A stretch of DNA of 63,949 nt, filler included, from Raillietiella orientalis (Eukaryota), in NCBI GenBank assembly GCA_036172245.1. It is 7 parts of 7 records of this genome, joined end to end, with 100 filler letters (N's around TTAATTAATTAA, not from the genome) between each part and the next. Parts side by side here need not be neighbours in the genome. Positions count along the whole stretch, not along the records: positions 47,725 to 56,877 come from JAYWIR010000283.1; positions 56,978 to 63,949 come from JAYWIR010000309.1; 5 more parts are not named here. One strand, given 5' to 3'. Below are positions 47,725 to 61,400 of this stretch, in pieces (position 1 is the stretch's first letter; each line of letters begins with the position of its first letter). The position numbers were made by a program, and so were the translations under genes. The notes below the pieces were generated by a model that was not told the DNA's origin, ran no database searches, and worked only from the letters and a program-made list of their open reading frames with translations.

Positions 47725-50700
47725 CAATTCGAAGTGAGGAGATTCCACCATTGCACTATTGCGCATCTTCATCAAGCATCCATTGGCAGGTCGAGGCAGT
47801 CTACCGGCATGGATCACCACACTTCCTTGCGATTTCCTGTGTTGAGAAGTGGATTAAGATCACTCCGACATTTGATTAGGGTGGGACACTTTGCACTCCG
47901 TGTTGTTTTCATGGCAACTACTGTCGGAATTAGAAAGTGAATTATTTAATTCGATCAGATTCATGGTGTGGTACAAATTTACATCTTTTGCTGGTTTGTA
48001 ATCAATTCGAAGTAAGGAGATTTCACCATTGCACTTTTGCGCTTCTCCACGAAGCATCCATTGGCAGGGCTAGGCAATCCACCGTCATGGATCACCGCAC
48101 TACCTTGCGATTTCCTGTGTTCAGAAGTGGATTAAGAACACTCCGACATTTGATTAGGGCGGGGCACTTTGCACTCCGTGTTGTTTTCATGGCAACCACT
48201 ATCGGAATTAAAAAGTGAATTTTTTAATTCGATCTGATTCATTTTATGGTACAAATTTACATCTTTTGCTGGTTTGTAATCAATTCGAGGTACGGGGATT
48301 TCACCATTGCACTTTTGCGCTTCTTCACGAAGCATCCCTTGGCAGCGCGAGGAAATCTACCGGCATAGATCACCACACTACCTTGCGATATCCTGCGTTT
48401 AGAGGTGGATGAAGAACAGTCCGACATTTCATTAGGGCGGGGCTCTTTGCACTCCGTGTTGTTTTCATGGCAACCACTGTCGGAATTGAAAAGGGAATTA
48501 TTTAATTCGATCTGATTCACGGTATGGTATAAATTTACATCTTTTGCTGGTTTGTAATCAATTCGAAGTGAGGAGAGTTCACCATTGCACTGTTGCGCTT
48601 TTTCACGAAGCATCCGTTGGCAACGCGAGGCAATCTACCGTCATGGATAACCGCACCATCATGCGATTTCCTGGTTTCAGAGGTGGATTAAGAAAAGTCC
48701 GAAATTTCATTAGGGCGGAACACTTTGCACTGCGTGTTGTTTTCATGGCAACCACTATCGGAATTAGAAAGTGAATTATTTAATTCGATCTGATTCATTT
48801 TATGGTACAAATTTACATCTTTTGCTGGTTTGTAATCAATTCGAAGTACGGAGATTTCACCATGCTCTGTTGCGCTTTTTCACGAAGCATCCGTTGGCAG
48901 CGCCAGGCAATCTACCGTCATGGTTAACCGCACCATCATGCGATTTCCTGGTTTCAGAGGTGGATTATGAAAAGTCCGACATTTCATTAGGGCGGGGCAC
49001 TTTGCACTCCGTGTTGTTTTCATGGCAACCAATATCGGAATTAGAAAGTGATCTATTTAATTCGATCTGATTCATGGTGTGGTATAAATTTACATCTTTT
49101 GCTGGTTTGTAATCATTTCGAAGTGAGGAGATTCCACCATTGCACTATTGCGCATCTTCATGATGCATCCATTGGCAAGGCGAGGCAATCTACCTGCATG
49201 GATCAACACACTTCCTTGCGATTTCCTGCGTTTAGAGGTGGATTAAGGAAAGTCCGACATTTCATTAGGGCGGGTCACTTTGCACTCCGTGTTGTTTTCA
49301 TGGCAACCACTATCGGAATTAGAAAGTGAATTATTTAATTCGATCTGATTCATGGTGTGGTATAAATTTACATCTTTTGCTGGTTTGTAATCATTTCGAA
49401 GTGAGGAGATTCCACCATTGCACTATTGCGCATCTTCATGATGCATCCATTGGCAAGGCGAGGCAATCTACCTGCATGGATCACCACACTTCCTTGCGAT
49501 TTCCTGCGTTTAGAGGTGGATTAAGGAAAGTCCGACACTTGATTAGGGCGGGTCACTTTGCACTCTGTGTTGTTTCCATGGCAACCACTATCGGAATTAG
49601 AAAGTGAATTATTTAATTCGATCTGATTCATTTTATGGTACAAATTTACATCTTTTGCTGGTTTGTAATCAATTCGATTTAGGGAGATTTCACCATTGCA
49701 CTTTTGCGCTTCTTCACGAAGCATCCGTTGGCAGCGCGAGGAAATCTACCGGCATAAATCACCACACTACCTTGCGATTTCCTGCGTTTAGAGGTGGATG
49801 AAGAACAGTCCGACATTTCATTAGGGCGAGGCTTTTTGCACTCCGTGTTGTTTTCATGGCAACCACTGTCGAAATTGAAAAGGGAATTATTTAATTCGAT
49901 CTGGTTCACGGTATGGTATAAATTTACATCTTTTGCTGGTTTGTAATCCATTCGAAGTGAGGAGATTTCACCATGCACTGTTGCGCTTTTTCACGAAGCA
50001 TCCGTTGGCATGGCTAGGCAATCCTCCGTCATGGATCACCGCACTACCTTGCGATTTGCTGTGTTCAGAAGTGGATTAAGAATACTCCGACATTTGATTA
50101 GGGTGGGACACTTTGCACTCCGTATTGTTTTCATGGCAACCACTGTCGGAATTAGAAAGTGAATTATTTCATTCGCTCTGAATCATTTTATGGTACAAAT
50201 TTACATCTTTTGCTGGTATGTAATGAATTCGAAGTGAGAGAATTTCACCATTGCACTTTTGCGCTTCTTCACGAAGCATCCGTAGGCAGCGCGAGGCAAT
50301 CTACCGTCATGCATAACCGCACCATCATGCGATTTCCTGATTTTAGAGGTAGATTAAGAAAAGTCCGACATTTCATGAGAACGGGGCACTTTGCTCTCCG
50401 TGTTGTTTTCATGGGAACCACTAGCGGAATTAGAAAGTGAATTATTTAATTCGATCTGATTCATATTATGGTAAAAATGTACATCTTTTGCTGGTTTGTA
50501 ATCAATTCGAAGTACGTAGATTTCACCATGCACTGTTGCGCTTTTTTACAAGGCATCCGTTGGCAGGGCGAGGCAATCTACCGTCATGGATAACCGCACA
50601 ACCTTCCGATTTCCTGGTTTCAGAGGTGGATTAAGAAAAGTCCGAAATTTGATTGGGGTGAAACACTTTGCACTCCGTGTTGTTTTGATGGCAACCACTG

Positions 50701-53700
50701 TGGGTTTTAAAAAGTGAATTATTTAGTTCGATCTGATTCATTTTATGGTACAAATTTACATCTTTTGCTGGTATGTAATGAATTCGAAGTGAGCGGATTT
50801 CACCATTGCAATTCTGCGCTTCTTCACGAAGCATCCATTGGCAGGGCTAGGCAATCCACCGTCATGGATCACCGCACTACCTTGCGAATTCCTGTGTTCA
50901 GAAGTGGATTAAGAACACTTCGACCTTTGATTAGGTTGGGACGCTTTGCACTCCGTGTTGTTTTCATGGCAACCACTGTCGGAATTATAAAGTTAATTAT
51001 TTAATTCGATCTGATTCATGGTGCTGTACAAATTTACATCTTTTGCTGGTTTGTAATCAATTCGAAGTGAGGAGATTTCACCATTGCACTTTTGCGCTTC
51101 TTCACGAAGCATCCATAGGCAGGGCTAGGCAATCCACCGTCATAGATCACCGCACTACCTTGCGATTTCCTGTGTTCAGAAGTGGATTAAGAACACTCCG
51201 ACATTTGATTAGGGTGGGACACTTTGCACTCGTGTTGTTTTCATGGCAACCACTGTCCGAATTGAAAAGGGAATTATTTAATTCGATCTGATTCACGGTA
51301 TGGTATAAATTTACATCTTTTGCTGGTTTGTAATCAATTCGAAGTGAGGAGATTTCACCATTGCACTTTTGCGCTTCTTCACGAAGCATCCGTTGGCAGA
51401 GCGAGGAAATCTACCGGCATAGATAACCACACTACCTTGCGATTTCCTGCGTTTTGAGGTGGATGAAGAACTGTCCGACATTTCATTAGGGCGGGGCTCT
51501 TTGCACTCCTAGTTGTTTTCATGGCAACCACTGTCGGAATTGAAAAGGAACTTATTTTATTCGATCTGATTCACGGTATGGTATAAATTTACATCTTTTG
51601 CTGGTTTGTTATCAATTCGAAGTGAGGAGATTTCACCATTGCACTTTTGCGCTTTTTCACGAAGCATCCGTTGGCAGCGCGAGGCAATCTTCCGTCATGG
51701 ATAACCGCACCACCAAGCGATTTCCTGGTTTCTGAGGTGGATTAAAAAAAATCCGAAATTTCATTAGGGCGGGGCAATTTGCACTCCGTGTTGTTTTCAT
51801 GGCAACCACAATCGGAATTAGAAAGTGAATTATTTAATTCGATCTGATTCATTTTATGGTACAAATTTACATCTTTTGATGGTTTGTAATCAATTCGAAG
51901 TACGGAGATTTCACCATTGCACTTTTGCGCTTCTTCACGAAGAATCCGTTGGCAGCGCGAGGCAATCTACCGGCATGGATCACCACACTACCTTGCGGTT
52001 TCCTGCGTTTAGAGGTGGATTAAGAACACTCCGACATCTGATTAGGGCGGGTCACTTTGCACTCCGTGTTGTTTTCATCGCAACCACTATCGGAATTGGA
52101 AAGTGAATTATTGAATTCGATCTGATTCATTTTATGGTACAAATTTACATCTTTTGCTGGTTTGTAATCAATTCTAAGTGAGGAGATTCCACCATTGCAC
52201 TATTGCGCATCTTCATGGAGCATCCATTGGCAGGGCGAGGCAATCTAGCGGCATGGATCACCACACTACATTGCGAATTCCTGTGTTCAGAAGTGGATTA
52301 AGAACACTCCGACATTTGATTAGGGTGGGACACTTTGCACTCCGTTTTCTTTTCATGGCAACCACTGTAGGAATTAGAAAGTTAATTATTTAATTCGATC
52401 TGATTCATGGTGTGGTACAAATTTACATCTTTTGCTGGATTGTAATCAATTCGAAGTGAGGAGATTTCACCATTGCACTTTTGCGCGTCTTCACGAAGCA
52501 TCCGTTGGCAGCGCGAGGAAATCTACCGGCATAGTTCACCACACTACCTTGCGATTTCCTGCGTTTAGAGGTGGATGAAGAACAGTCCGACATTTCATTA
52601 GGGCGGGACTCTTTGCACTCCGTGTTGTTTTCATGGCAACCACTGTCGGAATTAGAAAGTGAATTATTTCATTCGCTCTGATTCATGGTGTGGTACAAAT
52701 TTACATCTTTTGCTGGTTTGTAATCAATTCGAAGTGAGGAGATTTCCCCATTGCACTGTTGCGCTTTTTCACGAAGCATCCGTTGGCAGCGCGAGGCAAT
52801 CTTCCGTCATGGATAACCGCACCATCATGCGATTTCCTGGTTTCAGAGGTGGATTAAGAAAAGTACGAAATTTCATTTGGGCGGAACACTTTGAACTGCG
52901 TGTTGTTTTCATGGCAACCACTGTCGGAATTAGAAAGTGAATTATTTAATTCGACCTGATTCATGGTGTGGTACAAATTTACATCTTTTGCTGGTTTGTA
53001 ATCAATTCGAAGTGAGGAGATTCCACCATTGCACTATTGACCATCTTCATGAAGTATCCATTGGTAGGGCGAGGCAATCTACCGTCATGGATCACCACAC
53101 TACCTTGCGATTTCCTGCGTTTAGAGGTGGATTAAGAAAAGTCCGACACTTGACTAGGGTGGGACACTTTGCACTCCGTTTTGTTTTCATGGCAACCACT
53201 GTCGGAATTAGAAAGTGAATTATTTAATTCGATAAGATTCATGGTGTGGTACAAATTTACATCTTTTGCTGGTTTGTAATCAATTCGAAGTGAGGAAATT
53301 TCACCATTGCACTTTTGCGCTTCTTCACGAAGCATCCATTGGCAGGGCTAGGCAATCCACCGTCATGGATCACCCCACTACCTCGCGATTTCCTGTGTTC
53401 AGAAGAGGATTAAGAACACTCCGACATTTGATTAGGGTGGGGCACTTTGCACTCCGTGTTGTTTTCATGGCAACTACTGTCGGAATTAGAAAGTGAATTA
53501 TTTAATTCGATAAGATTCATTTTATGGTACAAATTTACATCTTTTGCTGGTTTGTAATCAATTCGAGGTACGGAGATTTCACCATTGCACTTTTGCGCTT
53601 CTTCACGAAGCATCCGTTGGCAGAGCGAGGAAATCTACCGGCATAGATCACCACACTAAATTGCGATTTCCTGCGTTTAGAGGTGGATGAAGAACAGTCC

Positions 53701-56700
53701 GACATTTCATTAGGGCGGGGCTCTTTGCACTCCGTGTTGTTTTCATGGCAACCACTGTCGGAATTGAAAAGGGAATTATTTTATTCGATCTGATTCACGG
53801 TATGGTACAAATTTACATCTTTTGCTGGTTTGTAATCAATTCGAAGTGAGGAGATTTCACCATTGCACTGTTGCGCTTTTTCACGAAACATACGTTGACA
53901 GTGCGAGGCAATCTACGGTCATGGATAACCGCACAACCTTCCGATTTCCTGGTTTCAGAGGTGGATAAAGAAAAGTGCGACATTTGATTAGGGTGGGACA
54001 CTTTGCTCTCCGTATTGCTTTCATGGCAACCACTATCCGAATTGGAAAGTGAATTATTTAATTCGATGTGATTCATTTTATAATACAAATTTACATCTTT
54101 TGCTGGGTTGTAATCAATTCGAAGGATGGAAATTTCACCATTGCACTTTTTCGCTTCTTCACGAAGCATCCGTTTGCAGCGCGAGGCAATCTATCGTCAT
54201 GGATAACCGCACCACCTTGCGATTTCCTGGTTTCAGAGGTGGATTAAGAACTCCAACATTTCATTAGGGTGGGACACTTTGCACTCCGTGTTGTTTTCAT
54301 GGCAACCACTGTCGGAATTAAAAAGTGAATTATTTAATTCGATCTGATTCACGGTATGGTATAAATTTACATCTTTTGCTGGTTTGTAATCAATTCGTAG
54401 TACGGAGATTTCACCATTGCACTTTTGCGCTTCTTCACGAAGCATCCGTTGGCAGCGCGAGGAAATCTACCGGCATGGATCACCACACTACCTTGCGATT
54501 TCCTGCTTTAGAGGTGGATGAAGAACAGTCCGACATTTCATTAGGGCGGGGCACTTTTCACGATGTGTTGTTTTCATGGCAACCACTGTCGGAATTGAAA
54601 TGGGAATTATTTAATTCGATCAGATTCACAATATGGTATAAATTTACATCTTTTGCTGGTTTGTAATCAATTCGAAGTGAGGAGATTTCACCATGCACTG
54701 TTGCGCTTTTTCACGAAGCATCCGTTGGCAGCGCGAGGCAATCTACCGTCATGGATAACCGCACCATCATGCGATTTCCTGGATTCAGACGTGGATTAAG
54801 AAAAGTCCGAAATTTCATTAGGGCGGAACACTTTGCACTGCGTGTTGTTTTCATGGCAACCACTATCGGAATTAGAAAGCGAATTATTTAATTCGATCTG
54901 ATTCATTTTATGGTACAAATTAACATCTTTTGCTGGTTTGTAATCAATTCGAAGTACGGAGATTTCACCATGCACTGTTGCGCTTTTTCACGAAGCATCC
55001 GTTTGCAGCGCGAGGCAATCTACCGTCATGGATAACCGCACCACCTTGCGATTTCCTGGTTTCAGAGGTGGATTAAGAAAAGTCCGACATTTGATTTGGG
55101 TGGGACACATTGCACTCCGTATTGTTTTCATGACAACCACTATCGGAATTAGAAAGTGAATTATTTAATTCGATCTGATTCATTTTATGGTACAAATTAA
55201 CATCTTTTGCTGGTTTGTAATCAACTCGAAGTGAGGAGATTTCACCATGCACTGTTGCGCTTTTTCACGAAGCATCCGTTGGCAGCGCGAGGCAATCTAC
55301 CGTCATGGATAACCGCACCATCATGCGATTTCCTGGTTTCAGAGGTGGATTAAGAAAAGTCCGACATTTGATTTGGGTGGGACACTTTGCACCCCGTATT
55401 GTTTTGATGGCAACCACTGTCGGAATTGGAAAGTGAATTATTTAATTCAATCTCATTCATGGTGTGGTACAAATTTACATCTTTTGCTGGTTTGTAATCA
55501 ATTCGAAGAGAGGAGATTTCACCATTGTACTGTTGCGCTTTTTCACGAAACATACGTTGGCTGTGCGAGGCAATCTACCGTCATGGATAACCGCACAACC
55601 TTCCGATTTCCTGGTTTCAGAGGTGGATTAAGAAAAGTCCGACATTTGATTAGGGTGTTACACTTTGCACTCCTTGTTGTTTTGAGCGCAACCACTATCG
55701 GAGATAGAAAGTGAATTATTAAATTGGATATGATTCACGGTATGGTAAAAAGTTCCATCTTTTGCTGGTTTGTAATCAATTCGTAGTACAGAGATTTCAC
55801 CATTGCACTGTTGCGCTTTTTCACGAAACATACGTTGGCTGTGCGAGGTAATCTACCTGTCATGGATAACCGCACAACCTTCCGATTTCCGGGTTGCAGA
55901 GGTGGATTAAGAAAAGTCCGACGTTTGATTTGGGTGGGACACATTGCACTCCGTATTGTTTTCATGACAACCACTATCGGAATTAGAAAGTGAATTATTT
56001 AATTCGATTCGATTCATTTTATGGTACAAATTTACATCTTTTGCTGGTTTGTAATCAATTCGAAGTACGGAGATTTCACCATTCCACTTTTGCGCTTCTT
56101 CACGAAGCATCCGTTGGCAGCGCGAGAAAATCTACCGGCATGGATCACCACACTACCTTGCGATTTCCTGCGTTTAGAGGTGGATGAAGAACAGTCCGAT
56201 ATTTCATGAGGGCGGGGCACTTTGCACGCCGTGTTGTTTTCATGGCAACCACTGTCAAAATTGAAATGCGAATTATTGAATTCGATCTGATTCACAGTAT
56301 GGTATAAATTTACAACTTTTGCTGGTTTCTAATCAATTCGAAGTGAGGAGATTTCACCATGCACTGTTGCGGTTTTTCACGAAGGATCCGTTGGCAGCGA
56401 GAGGCAATCTACCGTCATGGATAACCGCACCATCATGCGATTTCCTGGATTCAGAGGTGGATTAAGAAAACTCCAACATTTGATTAGGGTGGGGCACGTT
56501 GCACTCCGTGTTGTTTTGATTGCAACCACTGTCGGAGTTAAAAAGTGAATTTTTTAATTCGATCTGATTCACGGTATGGTATACATTTACATCTTTTGCT
56601 GGTTTGTAATCAATTCGAAGTACGGAGATTTCACCATGCACTGTTGCGCTTTTTCAAGAAGCATCCGTTGGCAGCGCGAGGCAATCTACCGTCATGGATA

Positions 56701-56877
56701 ACCGCACCACCTTGCGATTTCCTGGTTTCAGAGGTGGATTAAGAGAAGAATGACATTTGATTAGGGTGGGACACGTTGCTATCCGTGTTGTTTTGATAAC
56801 AACCACTGTCGGAGTTAAAAAGTGAATTTTGTAGTTCGATCTGATTAACGGTATGGTATAAATTTACATCTTTTGCT
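47725..56877. repeat. satellite DNA subfamily 1, ~278-bp monomer, ~33 copies
   Basis: CAATTCGA recurs at 47725, 48003, 48281, 48559, 48837 and onward. Confidence 0.98.
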
Positions 56878-56977
56878 NNNNNNNNNNNNNNNNNNNNNNN
56901 NNNNNNNNNNNNNNNNNNNNNTTAATTAATTAANNNNNNNNNNNNNNNNNNNNNNNNNNNNNNNNNNNNNNNNNNNN
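56878..56977. other. artificial contig linker
   Basis: same 100-nt linker. Confidence 0.99.
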
Positions 56978-58448
56978 GAGTGGTTTTCATGGTAACCAGT
57001 GTCGGGGTTAGAAAGAGATTGTTTCCCTTAGCTCTGATTCAGAATATGTTCCAAATAAGCAACTTTTTGGGGTTTGTAATCACTTCGAAGTCAGCAGATT
57101 TCACCATTGCACTTTTGCGCCTCTTAACGAAGCATCAATTTGCAGTGAGTGGCAATTTCCCGTTATAGAGACCCTCACATCCATGCAATTTGCTTGGTTC
57201 AGAAGCACATTGAGATGAATTTGAAGTTTCCTCAGGGTGTGGCACTTTGGCCTCTGTGTGGTATTCATGGTAACCAGTGTCGGAGTTTGAAAGAGATTGT
57301 TTCCCTTAGCTCAGATTCAGAATATGTTCCAAATAAGCAACTTTTTGGGGTTTGTAATCACTTCGAAGTCAGCAGACTTCACCATTGCACTTTTGCGCCT
57401 CTTCGCGAAGCATCCATTTGCAGTTGGTGGCAATTTCCCGTTATGGAGACCCGCACATCCTTGCAATTTCCTTGGTTCAGAAGCACATTGAGATGAATTT
57501 GAAGTTTCCTCAGGGTGTGGCACTTTGGCCTCTGTGTGGTATTCATGGTAACCAGTGTCGGAGTTAGAAAGAGATTGTTTCCCTTAGCTCAGATTCAGAA
57601 TATGTTCCAAATAAGCAACTTTTTGGGGTTTGTAATCACTTCGAAGTCAGCAGACTTCACCATTGCACTTTTGCGCCTCTTCGCGAAGCATCCATTTGCA
57701 GTTGGTGGCAATTTCCCGTTATGGAGACCCGCACATCCTTGCAATTTCCTTGGTTCAGAAGCACATTGAGATGAATTTGAAGTGTCCTCAGGGTGTGGCA
57801 CTTTGGCCTCTGTGTGGTATTCATGGTAACCAGTGTCGGAGTTAGAAAGAGATTGTTTCTTTTAACTCTGATTCATTATGTGTTCCAAATAAGCAACTTT
57901 TTGGGGTTTGTAATCACTTCGAAGTCAGCAGATTTCACCATTGCACTTTTGCGCCTCTTCACGAAGCATCAATTTGCAGTGAGTGGCAATTTCCCGTTAT
58001 AGAGACCCGCACATCCTTGCAATTTGCTTGGTTCAGAAGCACATTGAGATGAATTTGAAGTTTCCTCAGGGTGTGGCACTTTGGCCTCTGTGTGGTATTC
58101 ATGGTAACCAGTGTCGGAGTTTGAAAGAGATTGTTTCCCTTAGCTCTGATTCATTATACGTTCCAAATAAGCAACTTTTTGGGGTTTGCAATCACATCGA
58201 AGTCAGCAGATTTCACCATTGCACTTTTGCGCCTCTTCGCGAAGCATCCATTTGCAGTGAGTGGCAAATTCCCATCATTTGGACCCGCAGAACTTTCCAA
58301 TTTCCTTGGTTCAGAAGAACATTGAGATTAGTCCGACGTTTCAGAAGAACGTGGCTATTTGGCCTCTGAGTGGTTTTCATGGTAACCAGTGTCGGAGTTA
58401 GAAAGAGATTGTTTCCCTTAGCTCTGATTCATTATACGTTCCAAATAA
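56978..58448. repeat. satellite DNA subfamily 2, 278-bp monomer, ~5 copies
   Basis: GGTAACCAGTGTCGG at 56991, 57269 and onward. Confidence 0.96.
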
Positions 58449-61400
58449 ACGAAGCATCCTTTTGCAGTGAGTGGCAAATCCCCTTTATGGAGAGCCGAAA
58501 GCCATTCCAATTTCTGCTTTCAGAGGATGATTAAGAAGAGTTCGAAATTTCATTTGGGCGTGGCACTTTTACTCTGTTTTGTTTTCATGGTAACCAGTGG
58601 CGGACTTACAAGGGGAATATTCTCCTTCGCTCTCATTTATTATGCGGTCCAACTTTGCAGCTTTTGGGGATTTGTAATCAGTTAGAAAACAGAAGATTTC
58701 ACCATTGCCCTTTTGCGCCTCAGCACGAAGCATCCTTTTGCAGTGAGTGGCAAATCTTTTTCATGGATAGCCGAAAGCCCTTCCAATTTCTGGCTTTCAG
58801 AGGATGATTAAGAAGAGTTCCAAATTTCATTACGGCGTGGCACTTTTACTCTGTCTTGTTTTCATGGTAACCAGTAGGGGACTCAAAAGGTTAATGTTCT
58901 CCTTCGCTCTCATTTATTATGTGGTCCAACTTTGCAGCTTTTGGGGATATGTAATCAGTTAGAAAACAGAAGATTTCACCATTGCACTTTTGCACCTCTT
59001 CACGAAGCATCCTTTTGCAGTGAGTGGCGAATCCCTTTCATGGAGAGCCGAAAGCCCTTCCAATTTCTGCTTTCAGAGGATGATTAACAAGAGTTCGAAA
59101 TTTCATTTGGGCGTGGCACTTTGCACTCTGTCTTGTTTTCATGGTAACCAGTGTCGGACTTACAAAGGGAATATTCTCCTTCGCTCTCATTCATTATGCG
59201 GTCCAACTTTGCAGCTTTTCGGGATTTGTAAACAATTAGAAAACAGAAGATTTCACCATTGCCCTTTTGCGCCTCAGCACGAAGCATCCTTTTGCAGTGA
59301 GTGGCAAATCCCCTTTATGGAGAGCCGAAAGCCCTTCCAATTTCTGCTTTCAGAGGATGATTAAGAAGAGTTCGAAATTTCATTAGGGCGTGGCACTTTG
59401 GACTCTGTCTCTTTTTCATGGTAACCAGTGGCGGACTTACAAGGGGAATATTCTCCTTCGCTCTCATTTATTATGCGGTCCAACTTTGCAGCTTTTGGGG
59501 ATTTGTAATAAATTAGAAAACAAAAGATTGCACCATTGCCCTTTTGCGCCTCTTCACGAAGCATCCTTTTGCAGTGAGTGGCAAATTTTTTTCATGGAGA
59601 GCCGAAAGCCCTTCTAATTTCTGCTTTCAGAGGATGATTAAGAAGAGTTCGAAATTTCATTAGGGCGTGGCACTTTGGACTCTGTCTTGTTTTCATGGTA
59701 ACCAGTGTCGGACTCAAAAGGTAATATTCTCCTTCGCTCTCATTCATTATGTGGTCCAACTTTGCAGCTTTTGCGGATCTGTAAGAAATTAGAAAACAAA
59801 AGATTTCACCATTGCACTTTTGCGCCTCTTCACGAAGCATCCTTTTGCAGTGAGTGGCAAATCCCTTTCATGGAGAGCCGAAAGCCCTTCCAATTTCTGC
59901 TTTCAGAGGATGATTAAGAAGAGTTCGAAATTTCATTAGGGCGTGGCACTTTGGACTCTGTCTTGTTTTCATGGTAACCAGTGTCGGACTTACAAAGGGA
60001 ATATTCTCCTTCGCTCTCATTCATTATGCGGTCCAACTTTGCAGCTTTTGGGGATTTGTAATCAATTAGAAAACAGAAGATTTCACCATTGCCCTTTTGC
60101 GCCTCTTCACGAAGCATCCTTTTGCAGTGAGTGGCAAATCCCTTTCATGGAGAGCCGAAAGCCCTTCCAATTTCTGCTTTCAGAGGATGATTAAGAAGAG
60201 TTCGAAATTTCATTAGGGCGTGGCACTTTGGACTCTGTCTTGTTTTCATGGTAACCAGTGTCGGACTTACAAAGGGAATATTATCCTTCGCTCTCATTCA
60301 TTATGCGGTCCAACTTTGCAGCTTTTCGGGATTTGTAAACAATTAGAAAACAGAAGATTTCACCATTGCACTTTTGCGCCTCAGCACGAAGCATCCTTTT
60401 GCAGTGAGTGGAAAATCCCTTTTATGGAGAGCCGAAAGCCCTAACAATTTCGGCTTTCAGAGGATGATTAAGAAAAGTTCGAAATTTCATTAGGGCGTTG
60501 CACCTTGGACTCTGTTTTGTTTTCATGGTAACCAGTGTCGGACTTACAAGGGGAATATTCACCTTCGCTCTCACTGATTACGTGCTCCAACTTTGCAGCT
60601 TTTGCGGATATGTAAGAAATTAGAAAACAAAAGATTTCACCATTGCACTTTTGCACCTCTTCACGAAGCATCCTTTTGCAGTGAGTGGCAAATCCCATTC
60701 ATGGAGAGCCGCAAGCCCTTCCAATCTCCGCTTTCAGAGGATGATTAAGAAGAGTTCGAAATTTCATTAGGGCGTGGCACTTTGGACTCTGTCTTGTTTT
60801 CATGGTAACCAGTAGCGGACTCAAAAGGTTAATATTCTCCTTCGCTCTCATTAATTATGCGGTCCAACTTTGCAGCTTTTGGGGATTTGAAAGAAATTAG
60901 AAAACAAAAGATTTCACCATTGCCCTTTTGCGCCTCTTCACGAAGCATCCTTTTGCAGTGAGTGGCAAATCCTTTTCATGGAGAGCCGAAAGCCCTTCCA
61001 ATTTCTGCTTTCAGAGGATGATTAAGAAGAGTTCGAAATTTCATTAGGGCGTGGCACTTTGGACTCTGTCTTGTTTTCATGGTAACCAGTGTCGGACTTA
61101 CAAAGGGAATATTCTCCTTCGCTCTCATTCATTATGTGGTCCAACTTTGCAGCTGGGATTTGTAAGCAATTAGAAAACAGAAGATTTCACCATTGCACTT
61201 TTGCGCCTCTTCACGAAGCATCCTTTTGCAGTGAGTGGCAAATCCCTTTCATGGAGAGCCGAAAGCCCTTCCAATTTCGGCTTTCAGAGGATGATTAAGA
61301 AAAGTTCGAAATTTCATTAGGGCGTGGCACTTTGGACTCTGTCTTGTTTTCATGGTAACCAGTGTCGGACTTACAAGGGGAATATTCACCTTCACTCTCA

